Shown: in pieces, positions 28,385-37,140 of the stretch
Position numbering within the stretch: the stretch's first letter is position 1
How the letters are laid out: the number at the start of each line of letters is the position of its first letter
Virus record (IMG/VR): IMGVR_UViG_2698536428_000019
Source of the DNA: a virus
Taxonomy: Duplodnaviria > Heunggongvirae > Uroviricota > Caudoviricetes
DNA length: 38,544 nucleotides
Direction: 5' to 3' (one strand)
Notes under the pieces: generated by a model
What the model was told of the DNA's origin: nothing
Database searches by the model: none
The model's input: the letters and a program-made list of their open reading frames with translations, nothing else
Position numbers and translations under genes: made by a program

Positions 28385-30894
28385 GGGTTAACCTCCGGTT
28401 GATCTGCTGCCACCAGGCTTCGTGATTTTTCATCCCAGTGCACAATCCGCCCGTCAGGCAGGCGAACGCGTGCACCTCTGTGTACGGAAAGTGCTGCGCC
28501 ACTGTGTAGCTCCTCGCCCGTCGTGCTCAGTGCCGACTTGATTACGGTGGTGGTGACGTCAGTCAGCGGCAATGCTGTACGCACATGTATGACGTCATCG
28601 GGCGTGGTGGGGCCGCCGGTTTTCACGGTTTTTGTGTCAGATGGCGCATCTTTCAGCTGCCTGGTGAGTTGTTTTCTCTCTGTGGGGGTCAGTGACCTTA
28701 ACCATTCGCTCAAATCACCTTCCGGGATGGTCAGTTTTTGTTCTTTCCTGGTTTCCGGTGGTGGGGTTTTACCCTCTCCGGTGTCTGTTTTTTCATCATG
28801 GGGACAGTTATTGCCACGAGTCCAAGGTGCGGCGAAGCCGCCCCCAACGTCAAAATCCTCGTCCGTGCTGTTGTCGGCTTTCGCTTCTTTTCTGACCAGT
28901 TTCCACTCGTCCGGATGGGTGCAGATGGTGTAGCGCTCGCCGAGCGACGGGGCACAAATTCCGTAGATGCGCTGCGGGAATTCGCCGTAGTCGTTGGCCT
29001 CATCTGCGGTTTCGTATGCGGTGCGGACCAGGTACGCGTTGCGGGGAATGAGCACGCCACCCTGGCGGGTGATGTAGGTGGCAAAACACCCCACGTCAGC
29101 AGCGGCCAGAATGGCGTCAATGTCGTCATGATCCAGGCGCTTCGGTGATGCCGGGTTGCGCTCCATTTGTCCGGCAAGGCGGCGTAGTTCACGCCACACC
29201 TGGCGGGGCGGGATGCCGAAGAACTGGAACTGACGGATGCGATGGAGACTCGCCCAGGCAATGGCGTTTTCCACGGTTTCCGCCATGGTTTTTCCCGATT
29301 CTTTATCGGCGTAAGGTTTGCCGGTTTTCGGGTCATTGTCGTGAAAGGTGCTGGCGTCCAGGTTCTTGCCAATATAGGTTGCGATGTAGCTTGCCGGTGT
29401 GCCTTTTGCCGGGTCGATTTTTTCGCACTTGAAGCGCGGAGAAATATCATTCCCCAGTTCTGCGCGATCTGATTTGATTGCTGCATCACGCATGATTTCA
29501 ATGATGCGTTCTTCATTGTCCGGGGAAGTGAATACCAGCATGTGCCAGTGTGGTGTGCCGTCATGGTGTGGCTCAACGGTGCGCACCCCGTACCAGCTCA
29601 GACCTTCTTTGTTGAGTTTTTTTCTTGCAGCTGCAAAGACGTCGTAAACCAGATAATCACTGGCATCGCGCACGGTGGCACCGTTGTATTTCGGGTTCAG
29701 GCTGCCGTCCTCGTTCACGCTGTGAAAGCGGGAAGGGCAGGTCACTGTTACGAAGAACGCGGAGTCACCACGCGATTCGGCGACCTGTTCCATCCCTCTG
29801 ACGCAGGCCATCATCTCGTTGCGGCGGTTGCGCGGATTCCCCAGCCCTGACCAGTACACGTCCTCCAGACTCAGGCGTTCACCGTCTTCGTTTTCAATGT
29901 CCCAGCTTTTGAGAAAATCACGGGTGCGCTGGCGTTTCTCCCGGAATTTCTGGAGTGACTCATGGCTGATGTAGGGGGATGCCTTGCGCGATACTCTTCC
30001 GGCGGCACGCAGTAATTCCTCCCGCCAGAGATCAGCGAGGTGGCGCAGCTGGTTGTTCCACCAGGTGGCGCAGGTGATGCGCATGACTGCACCCGGTACC
30101 CGTTCAGGGTCTGGTGCCGTGCGGCGGTCACGTCTGATCTCGAGTGACGGCCAGTATGGTGGGGTCACGCCCAGTTTTAACGCCATGCGCGCCAGCTGCT
30201 GGTAAGTCAGCAACCAGGTAAACAGGTTATCGTCGCCTTTTCCTGTCCGCTCAGTAACTTCATCACATATGCGTTCCAGTTCGGTGGAAAATGCCGCCGC
30301 TGTTAGTGTGGCAAGGCGCTGAATTTGATCACGGTTGAGTTGTGGCAACATGAGTAATTCATCAAGGCGATGGCGTGCTGCGGTGGCTCTGAATGCTGTC
30401 GTGGCGAAGCATTCATTCACCTGTTCGATGCGTTTCAGGCGTGTGCGCAGTCCACGGCGAACGAAGTTATCGGCCACGTGAGTGTTGTTGTTTTTCACGC
30501 CTTCATTGCGGGCGCTTTGTTGTTTGCGGTTTAAACGCGCCAGATCACGAATGAGCGCGTTACCAAGAAACGAGGGCAGGGTGCGAAGTTCTGCCATGGC
30601 TTCCGATACCAGCGTTGGCGGATTTTCTCGTTTGTGTCTCGCCAGTTTTTCCAGTCTGATCCGGCGCTCTTCGTCGTGGTGAAGATGCGAATTAATTCGC
30701 TTGCCTTCGTCTGTGTTTGTCAGGAAGGAGACGGTTTCTTCATCCAGTCTGGCATCAATGCGAATGTCTTCGTTGATGTAGCTCTGAATGGCCTGGCGTA
30801 ATGCGGTTGGTTGCGCTCTGCCGAACGTTTCAGGATCGATAACCGGTAGCGGGGCGTTCCACGGGTACGCCAGTTGTGCGTTATGGTCGCTCAT
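28381..30894 (-). CDS. replication initiation endonuclease (P2 gene A family, rolling-circle Rep)
   Basis: 837 aa; only large early protein, with size, position and general character of P2 gpA; start at the ATG overlapping the upstream stop (the ORF-track start is a GTG). Confidence 0.85.
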   Translation of the reverse strand: MSDHNAQLAYPWNAPLPVIDPETFGRAQPTALRQAIQSYINEDIRIDARLDEETVSFLTNTDEGKRINSHLHHDEERRIRLEKLARHKRENPPTLVSEAMAELRTLPSFLGNALIRDLARLNRKQQSARNEGVKNNNTHVADNFVRRGLRTRLKRIEQVNECFATTAFRATAARHRLDELLMLPQLNRDQIQRLATLTAAAFSTELERICDEVTERTGKGDDNLFTWLLTYQQLARMALKLGVTPPYWPSLEIRRDRRTAPDPERVPGAVMRITCATWWNNQLRHLADLWREELLRAAGRVSRKASPYISHESLQKFREKRQRTRDFLKSWDIENEDGERLSLEDVYWSGLGNPRNRRNEMMACVRGMEQVAESRGDSAFFVTVTCPSRFHSVNEDGSLNPKYNGATVRDASDYLVYDVFAAARKKLNKEGLSWYGVRTVEPHHDGTPHWHMLVFTSPDNEERIIEIMRDAAIKSDRAELGNDISPRFKCEKIDPAKGTPASYIATYIGKNLDASTFHDNDPKTGKPYADKESGKTMAETVENAIAWASLHRIRQFQFFGIPPRQVWRELRRLAGQMERNPASPKRLDHDDIDAILAAADVGCFATYITRQGGVLIPRNAYLVRTAYETADEANDYGEFPQRIYGICAPSLGERYTICTHPDEWKLVRKEAKADNSTDEDFDVGGGFAAPWTRGNNCPHDEKTDTGEGKTPPPETRKEQKLTIPEGDLSEWLRSLTPTERKQLTRQLKDAPSDTKTVKTGGPTTPDDVIHVRTALPLTDVTTTVIKSALSTTGEELHSGAALSVHRGARVRLPDGRIVHWDEKSRSLVAADQPEVNP

Positions 30895-31307
30895 GCGTCG
30901 CACTCCCCGGCAGTTGCCACCTGAAACGCCGCGCGGTACAGCACGAGAAGGCGCTGGTATTCACCGATAAAGTCTTCTGCGGTGTATATGCCTTTCACGG
31001 CCACGCTGTGGGTTGTCATTTCCAGAACCAGTGCCATCTCTGACGATGACCAGCTGATGGCGGTACTGTCGGTGCCGTTGATGTGAAATAAACCAAAGCC
31101 ATCACCGTCACCTTTCACGTCCACGCGGTAACGACCGTCAACGGTGAAGGAGAAATCCCCGGATGTGGTGATGCTGCGGGCAGCCTGTTTACAGGCGCGG
31201 CGGTAATAGTCGTGCCAGTCGTTCAGGCGGGAAGCCAGCCGGGGATCCACTGCCCACATCCAGTTAAAAAAATCCTGAATATCTGAAAGTCCCTTAACGC
31301 TCTTCAT
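30891..31307 (-). CDS. hypothetical early protein (138 aa)
   Basis: ORF translationally coupled to gene A. Confidence 0.55.
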   Translation of the reverse strand: MKSVKGLSDIQDFFNWMWAVDPRLASRLNDWHDYYRRACKQAARSITTSGDFSFTVDGRYRVDVKGDGDGFGLFHINGTDSTAISWSSSEMALVLEMTTHSVAVKGIYTAEDFIGEYQRLLVLYRAAFQVATAGECDA

Positions 31308-31375
31308 GAGAACCTCCGGTAACAGATGTGCGGAAGCCTCCCGCGTACGGGTGCGGGATGGCTTCAGGATGTTGT

Positions 31376-31603
31376 TTAGTGGTGGTGTTGCTGGTTGATA
31401 AGGTCCTGCAGCTCCGCGAGATCATCCGCCAGGTAGCTGAAAACAGCGGCACAGTAACGGTTTGACAGAGCGTGAGTGCGCTCATGCAGCATGTTGATAT
31501 GCATGATTTGCGCGACGCGTGTTGCGCGGAAAAGTCTGCGGTTGATTTCAGTCTGGATGTGACGACGCTCAGCGCGGGCGCGCTGTTGCTTGCGGTTTGC
31601 CAT
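31376..31603 (-). CDS. hypothetical small basic protein (75 aa)
   Basis: Arg-rich N-terminus; position like the small orfs between B and A in P2-like phages. Confidence 0.45.
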   Translation of the reverse strand: MANRKQQRARAERRHIQTEINRRLFRATRVAQIMHINMLHERTHALSNRYCAAVFSYLADDLAELQDLINQQHHH

Positions 31604-31986
31604 GGTGTTGCCTCTTCGTTTGTGAATTTTGAAAACTCACCAACCAGAGGTGGAAAACTCAGGGTGGCGAGACGTACAGGGTTTCCACAACCGGCAAACG
31701 AAGAAACCGGCCCGACCGAAGTCGGCCCTGTACGCCCCGCCATAATTCTGACGCGAAAAAGACGTGGCGATACAGTACGCACAAAAAAACCGCTGGCGCG
31801 GCTGTGCGCTTCGTTTGTCAGCGGGGTGGAAATCCCGGCACCCGTTTTATGAGGTGCAGCGGAAATGTAACCCGACACGACGAGCGCTGGCAAGCGGTTT
31901 TTGTGTTGCGTGCTGATGTGGTTAGAATGTGGCGAATTAATATCACCTGGCAACTGGTGATTGTCTGCATACGCGGGGTGTTTCTG

Positions 31987-32451
31987 ATGAGTGATAAGCT
32001 CCCTTCTGATTACGACATTCTTTTTGACCTGTGGTACAGCTACTGGCTTGAACGTATTACATGTGTGTTTCACCGACGCGTTTCTGCTGCTCTGCGAATC
32101 AGCGCCTTTCTGGTTGGTGTTGCGGCGTTTGTCCTGTGTGATTTTGTTGTGTTGGTACTCTTCAGTGTGGTTCTGTTTCTGCTCTGGCAGTGCATGGCTG
32201 CCAGTTTTGAACGCAGGGCTGAAAAGGCTGAATGGCAGACAGTCAGTTACCAGCGCCTTATCAGTCAGCGCCATGTGATTAGTAAGGAATGCATGATTGC
32301 GCGCCTCTCCTTTGTTGAGGAAAGTGACAGTCCCATCATGGAGTGCATGATTAATCTTGCCTGGAATAAAGCCTGTGAGGCGGTTGGCAGCTCTTCGCGC
32401 AATCATGTTTCGATCTCCGGTCGGTTACTCAGTCGCCTGTGCGGCTTTTGA
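31987..32451 (+). CDS. hypothetical membrane protein encoded antisense to the early operon
   Basis: Hydrophobic hairpin ISAFLVGVAAFVLCDFVVLVLFSVVLFLLW; fills an otherwise gene-free ~0.8-kb gap; start and extent uncertain; 3' end overlaps the convergent gene at 32425..32775. Confidence 0.35.
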   Translation: MSDKLPSDYDILFDLWYSYWLERITCVFHRRVSAALRISAFLVGVAAFVLCDFVVLVLFSVVLFLLWQCMAASFERRAEKAEWQTVSYQRLISQRHVISKECMIARLSFVEESDSPIMECMINLAWNKACEAVGSSSRNHVSISGRLLSRLCGF

Positions 32452-32775
32452 CTGGCGAAGCAGCTGGGTGATGCTTTCACCGGCTGCCCTGTTTTCCGGG
32501 AATGACACCGGCATGTTCAGCTTGCGTGCCATTGCGTACTCTGCCCGTGCGCCAGCTGACTCCGTCCAGCCTTCCAGTAAGTAAATGGCATCGGCACACA
32601 TGAGCATCGAAATACAAATGCTCATGTACTGCTGCTGGCTTAGTCCGTCCGGCAGTATGGCAGGGTTGAGTGCGGTGTATCCGGCTGACTTAAGCTTCAT
32701 CGCCGCCATGGAAAACGCCGTTCTGTTGTGGTCTTTGTATCCGGTCATGGGACCGGCGATATAAATCACTGCCAT
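32425..32775 (-). CDS. DUF4406-like protein
   Basis: MAVIYIAGPMTGYKDHN... N-terminal P-loop-like motif typical of the DUF4406 family as recalled. Confidence 0.55.
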   Translation of the reverse strand: MAVIYIAGPMTGYKDHNRTAFSMAAMKLKSAGYTALNPAILPDGLSQQQYMSICISMLMCADAIYLLEGWTESAGARAEYAMARKLNMPVSFPENRAAGESITQLLRQSKAAQATE

Positions 32776-32984
32776 GCTGTACCTCCCGTGTTGCGTGTTG
32801 CTGTCAGCACGCGTACTTCTTCCATGTTCGTGGCGCAGAAGTGCGAGCCGTTGATAAGGCGGATGTGATGCATCTCAGGATTGCGTGAGTCCTGGCGTGT
32901 CATGCCCGGGTCAATCAGGCTTTCGTCGACTTCGTACTGACGGCCGTTGGCTGTGAACCGGATAACGGTTGATTCCTGGATCAT
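32766..32984 (-). CDS. hypothetical protein (72 aa)
   Basis: ORF in operon context with overlapping stop/start. Confidence 0.45.
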   Translation of the reverse strand: MIQESTVIRFTANGRQYEVDESLIDPGMTRQDSRNPEMHHIRLINGSHFCATNMEEVRVLTATRNTGGTAWQ

Positions 32985-33253
32985 TGTTCGCCCCTTCCTC
33001 TCCGTTCCTTGTTTGCTGCGGTTTTAAGTGCCTCAATTTCCCGTTGCTGCTCCTCAATGAATTCAGCGGACCTGCTGGCAAGCATTGCCGTATAGCTGTG
33101 TCCAAGTGCCACAAATATCCCCGAATCCCGCTTCTCCACCGCCTCTCTTGCTTCCTGTTGTTTGATGCAGGCCAGATATCTCAGTGCTGAAACGACGATT
33201 GATTGCTGCGTGCTTTTGTTATTCACCGGTTGACTCCTGTGTTGCTGATTCAT
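32981..33253 (-). CDS. hypothetical protein (about 90 aa)
   Basis: Start chosen at the internal ATG so it does not overlap the dam gene; the ORF-track start at 33364 would run into dam. Confidence 0.4.
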   Translation of the reverse strand: MNQQHRSQPVNNKSTQQSIVVSALRYLACIKQQEAREAVEKRDSGIFVALGHSYTAMLASRSAEFIEEQQREIEALKTAANKERRGRGEQ

Positions 33254-33261
33254 CTGGTTAT

Positions 33262-34236
33262 TCACGGGTGAGCAGAGGTAAACATCGCGCTGTACGTTGC
33301 ATCTCCCGTCGCCGGGCCGCAGTCCGGGCACCAGCCACCGCCATGGCGACCGCAGGTGTCGCACTGCTTCAGGGTGGCGATAACTTCCATTGCGGGTTCA
33401 CTGGTTCTTGCGCCAACGCTTCGTGGTGCCTGTATGCAGTTCATCCGGTAACCCTGATAAATGCGTCTGGTTTCCGGTGTGTCGGAATTGGAGATGGTGA
33501 TGCTGGTCATGCCGCCCGTTTCCTGTGAAAGGCGGTCAAGCGCTGCTCTCAGGCGAATGTGGTCGTCCTTCGTGAAGGGTTTTCCATAGGCGGTGAAATT
33601 GTCCCGGCCACTGAATGGCAGGTAAGGGGGATCGCAGTACACGCAAAGCGTGTTACCCATGCTGAACAGGTGGCTGGCACAGCTCAGCGTTTTTCGAAAA
33701 TCGCCATGAACAAGCAGCGTTTGGGTGCTGTTTGCCTTGTCTGCAAATGCGCGGATTTCCCGCTCAGGGAAGTAGGGTTTTCGGTAGCCGCCGAAAGGCA
33801 CGTTAAAATCACCTTTTCCGTTCACCCGGTACAGGCCATTAAAACAGTGCCGGTTGAGGTACAAAAACATGGCGGCCAGTCGCAGTTCACGGCGGTCGCT
33901 TATTCCCGTGCTCAGGAATGCATGATTCTCTGCATTAAAGGTGTTGCGGATGGCGAGATAGTCAGCCCTGTTGTTATGTTCCAGGAACAGGTCTTTTGCC
34001 TCATCGATCAGGCTGTCGGTGTTGTCCCGTGCTGCCCGCCAGAAATTAATCAGCGCACCGTTGGAATCTCCAAGGATGCAGCGGCTGTAACGGGTGTTCA
34101 TGAATACCGATGCGCCACCCACGAACGGCTCAACCAGGCAGTCAGCTTCTGGCAGGTGCGCCTTCAGTGTGTCCATGATGCGGTTTTTTCCGCCCACCCA
34201 TTTCAGCGGTGTGCCGGATAACAGTTTTTCGCTCAT
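33262..34236 (-). CDS. dam: DNA adenine methyltransferase (Dam-like) with Cys-rich C-terminal extension
   Basis: Motif I (EPFVGGASVF) and catalytic DPPY (VYCDPPYLPF); C-terminus contains CDTCGRHGGGWCPDCG. Confidence 0.85.
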   Translation of the reverse strand: MSEKLLSGTPLKWVGGKNRIMDTLKAHLPEADCLVEPFVGGASVFMNTRYSRCILGDSNGALINFWRAARDNTDSLIDEAKDLFLEHNNRADYLAIRNTFNAENHAFLSTGISDRRELRLAAMFLYLNRHCFNGLYRVNGKGDFNVPFGGYRKPYFPEREIRAFADKANSTQTLLVHGDFRKTLSCASHLFSMGNTLCVYCDPPYLPFSGRDNFTAYGKPFTKDDHIRLRAALDRLSQETGGMTSITISNSDTPETRRIYQGYRMNCIQAPRSVGARTSEPAMEVIATLKQCDTCGRHGGGWCPDCGPATGDATYSAMFTSAHP

Positions 34237-34459
34237 AACGCGGCCTCTCTGTTATAGGTTTCGTGCGTTAATAAATCCCATGACTTCCCGTTGTTTTTGC
34301 TCAGTAATCGCCAGCGAAAACCGATTCTTATGACCAGGTAGTCGTGGGGCTTTATGCGTGAAAAATTCCGCGCTCCGTTGCGAAATAAGCGCAGAGACGT
34401 GCGGGCTTTTGTTTCCACGTTCAGGGGGGGCGGCAACGCATATTCAGGATGGCGACCAT
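34233..34459 (-). pseudogene. small gene disrupted at a G7/C7 homopolymer (frameshift or phase-variable)
   Basis: SD gaggtg plus ATG at 34459 opens a frame that stops after 12 codons just past the homopolymer at 34424..34430; the frame coupled to dam by ATGA (34233..34436) has no ATG; adding one C would join them. Confidence 0.45.
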
Positions 34460-34468
34460 GGCTTCACC

Positions 34469-35050
34469 TCATATGTTCAGGAATGGTGTTGTGAAGCGCT
34501 GCCAGATTTCTGACACGACCTTTGCCTGGTAAACGGCGTCGCCCAGCGCGGTGTGAGCAATGGTCTCTTTGCCTGATCGGCCTGGCATTCTCCAGCCGGT
34601 TGATTCAGCCATGGCGATAAGCGGACGCATACAGCGCTCGTCCCAGTAGCACCAGGGGATGCTTTTTTCTCCGGCTGTGCGTGTTATGGCGGATTTCAGG
34701 ATTGGGAAATCGAAGGATGCGCCTTTGCACCATATGGTCAGTGAATTGCCCAGGCTTTCGTCATGCATATTGCGTGAAATGAACGCCAGAAATTCGGTCA
34801 CTGCTGCCAGCTCTGTTCCATCTGCGTTGCGCAGGCAGGCTCTGGCTTCCACGGATTGTCCGGCCCACCATACAGCGGTGGCTGCATTGACGGTTCCGCC
34901 GTTGCGTTCTGAATCCACCGGGTCGATGAATTTCTCAAACTGCTTGCCCAGCTTTCCGGTGAACGGGTCGAAAAACACCGCCCCAATCGCGAATATGGCT
35001 GCGTCCGGTCCGTTACCCAGTGTTTCGGTGTCAATCATGAGATGGTTCAT
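34469..35050 (-). CDS. 3'-5' exonuclease (DEDDh / DnaQ-like)
   Basis: MIDTETLG (exo I motif) and HTALGDA (DEDDh motif); start at the ATG overlapping the upstream stop (TAATG). Confidence 0.8.
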   Translation of the reverse strand: MNHLMIDTETLGNGPDAAIFAIGAVFFDPFTGKLGKQFEKFIDPVDSERNGGTVNAATAVWWAGQSVEARACLRNADGTELAAVTEFLAFISRNMHDESLGNSLTIWCKGASFDFPILKSAITRTAGEKSIPWCYWDERCMRPLIAMAESTGWRMPGRSGKETIAHTALGDAVYQAKVVSEIWQRFTTPFLNI

Positions 35051-35280
35051 TATGCGCACCCCTTCAGTTCGTCTGGGTTGGCGAGTATTGCAATCAGTCG
35101 TTCAATGGCTGCGCAGGTTTCCTGTGGACAGGTGTGTGTCTCTTTCGCTGTCTCAGTCAGCTCGCGCAGTAATTCGCAGATATGTGCACGCTCGGCTTTT
35201 CTTGCGGCCATGCTGATATGCGCATGATGGTTAGCTGGTCTGGCGGTTATTTCTCTGCCGGGTGATTCGGCTGTTCTCAT
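35050..35280 (-). CDS. hypothetical protein (76 aa)
   Basis: Start chosen at the ATG with SD caggag. Confidence 0.45.
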   Translation of the reverse strand: MRTAESPGREITARPANHHAHISMAARKAERAHICELLRELTETAKETHTCPQETCAAIERLIAILANPDELKGCA

Positions 35281-35494
35281 TTGTTGACTCCTGAAAAAAA
35301 GACAAAGGGAACCCGAAGGCATGAATGCCTTAATTAATTGCTCGTGTGTTTTCTGGTGTTATTCCGCGCCTGCTTTCGGCTTCAGGTTATTCCCAGATCT
35401 TCAGGGCTAACCAGATAAGCGCACTCACCTGAAATATCACCCATACAGTGGCGATGGTGTGTATTGCTTTTACATTCTTCATAAGGTTTTCGCT

Positions 35495-35620
35495 TTATTT
35501 ACGGCGTTTATCGCCGGTAAAGAATAATTCGATATCCTTCAGTGTGTGGATAATTCGCATAATGCCGATTGCCATAAGCACGGAGATAATCAGAATTACC
35601 CATGAAAGAAATATGCTCAT
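35495..35620 (-). CDS. small hydrophobic peptide (41 aa), below the ORF-track cutoff
   Basis: MSIFLSWVILIISVLMAIGIMRIIHTLKDIELFFTGDKRRK; SD caggag; ATGA overlap with the upstream gene stop. Confidence 0.4.
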   Translation of the reverse strand: MSIFLSWVILIISVLMAIGIMRIIHTLKDIELFFTGDKRRK

Positions 35621-35859
35621 GCTGCCACTCCTGTGAAGTAAGGCTCGACAATTTCACCTTCAAACAGTTCTGTCATAATCGACTTTAATTCTTCCAGCGC
35701 TTCACGGTCATCGCTGCCCAGCGCGCAGTTATACAGTCCCATAATTGCGCCGCGCAGTGAGTTACGAAGGCTTTCATCCTTAGTTACGCCCCGGTTTGCA
35801 AGTTCGAAGTGGTAACGCTGCAACGCGTTATTAATAAGTATTTTGTAGGCTTCGATCAT
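35617..35859 (-). CDS. hypothetical protein (80 aa)
   Basis: ORF in early operon context. Confidence 0.5.
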   Translation of the reverse strand: MIEAYKILINNALQRYHFELANRGVTKDESLRNSLRGAIMGLYNCALGSDDREALEELKSIMTELFEGEIVEPYFTGVAA

Positions 35860-35877
35860 GGCTGAATCCTTTATTTA

Positions 35878-36240
35878 TCAGTGCTTGCTTCCCGGATATT
35901 GAAAACGCAGGCCGCTGATTAATCTGTCTGCCGTTCTTAAGGCTTCAAAAAATGTGAAGTCCTGTCCGAAGTAATCATCCCCGCGAGTCAGGGTGAAATT
36001 AAATCTGCCAGTAACAGGGCTGCGAAAACTTTTGTGAATAACGATGCCAGTGTCGCCAATCGTCCAGGTGTGTTTGCCGGTTTGTGTTACAGGGCGGCCG
36101 TCAGGTGTTGCATGGATTTCAGTGGTTGCGGTCGCACCATTTTTACGGTGGGACTGACACGCAACGTTGCGTTCTGCGCCACTGCGCAATTTGTGGCGTT
36201 CAGTGTTGTTATGGATGCGCGCATTTCGTTGTTGCTTCAT
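35878..36240 (-). CDS. hypothetical early protein (120 aa)
   Basis: ORF in early operon context. Confidence 0.5.
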   Translation of the reverse strand: MKQQRNARIHNNTERHKLRSGAERNVACQSHRKNGATATTEIHATPDGRPVTQTGKHTWTIGDTGIVIHKSFRSPVTGRFNFTLTRGDDYFGQDFTFFEALRTADRLISGLRFQYPGSKH

Positions 36241-36265
36241 TCTTCACCTGGTCCTTATGTAATGG

Positions 36266-36460
36266 TTACAGTGACGCGTCTCTTGACAGCCTAAAAATCA
36301 CTTCAGCCATGACTACGCTAATTACATCGATCCCCTGATCGGTAAGGGCTTCTTTCCAGGCCTTGCTTGCACGTGTTGGATCCATCCTGCCTGATTGCTG
36401 TTGTATGATGATGAAGCGTAAATCGCTGTATAAGTCTTTTGTTTGAGTGGAGTCAGTCAT
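36266..36460 (-). CDS. hypothetical protein (64 aa)
   Basis: ORF in early operon context. Confidence 0.45.
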   Translation of the reverse strand: MTDSTQTKDLYSDLRFIIIQQQSGRMDPTRASKAWKEALTDQGIDVISVVMAEVIFRLSRDASL

Positions 36461-36511
36461 GTCAACACCTTCAAATCCCGATGCTCTTAATGATCCCGGT
36501 TTGTTTTGATG

Positions 36512-37036
36512 TCACTGGTTGCCTTCGCTGTATTGGTGTTGCTCCAGTTTTGACTTTCTTCCTGTGTAAACCCGCTTTCCATTGATGGTCTGGCAGTCTT
36601 CTTTGTTTGCCGGGGAAAACTTTCTTTTCTGTCGGTCGTACGTCCAGTAGCTTTTCCAGTTGTGCCATTCTGGCGGCTCGCATTCTGGTAGTTCGTCAGC
36701 CAGCTTGTCCCACTCTCTGGCGTTAAACCACCATACGCCATCCGAATTTTCATCTTCAGGGTTTGAACGGGTCTTGTGTCCAGGCATCTGATTTCGCTGA
36801 AGCGCCACGCGCAATGCAGCTTTTGTCAACCCGATATAGGCTGCCCCTTTTTCAAGTGAGCAAAGTCCGGCTACCGGGCCATCCAGTCGCAAGGTTGCCC
36901 CTTTTTTGTAGGTGCGTTTTTTCTTTTCCTCTTGGTGTTCATCGTCGTTTTCCGCACCAACGGATTCGGTGATGCTGTCGTTTTCCTGAAGGGCTTGTGT
37001 GTCAGATAACTCTTTATCGGCAATTGACTTCCGCAT
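36512..37036 (-). CDS. Cox/Apl-like excisionase-regulator with N- and C-terminal extensions (first early gene)
   Basis: 174 aa; central segment GLTKAALRVALQRNQMPGH...SDGVWWFNAREWDKL resembles the P2 Cox pattern; SD agagga; divergent from the repressor gene. Confidence 0.6.
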   Translation of the reverse strand: MRKSIADKELSDTQALQENDSITESVGAENDDEHQEEKKKRTYKKGATLRLDGPVAGLCSLEKGAAYIGLTKAALRVALQRNQMPGHKTRSNPEDENSDGVWWFNAREWDKLADELPECEPPEWHNWKSYWTYDRQKRKFSPANKEDCQTINGKRVYTGRKSKLEQHQYSEGNQ

Positions 37037-37096
37037 TTGCTATCCTCTTGCGTTGGTGCGCTTGTCGCGCATCATGAAGGTTTGTTTAGGTTTATA

Positions 37097-37120
37097 AAAG
37101 ATACTCGTGCGAGTATCTTT
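37097..37120. promoter_or_regulatory. perfect 11-bp-arm palindrome in the C/Cox switch region (candidate operator)
   Basis: AAAGATACTCG-tg-CGAGTATCTTT between the divergent early and repressor genes; adjacent TATAAA element. Confidence 0.5.
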
Positions 37121-37140
37121 CGCGAGAGGTTAATACTCAA

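Noticed and set aside
31955-31974. LexA box upstream of the antisense membrane ORF (tum-like SOS control)
   Set aside because: The inverted repeat ATCACC-N8-GGTGAT does not match the CTGT-N8-ACAG LexA consensus; kept only as a generic operator candidate.
31294-32406. 370-aa minus-strand ORF spanning the early-operon gap
   Set aside because: Low-complexity His/Asn/Gln/Thr-rich translation overlapping two better-supported minus-strand genes; it does have an SD-ATG at 32406, so a short real gene at its 5' end cannot be excluded.
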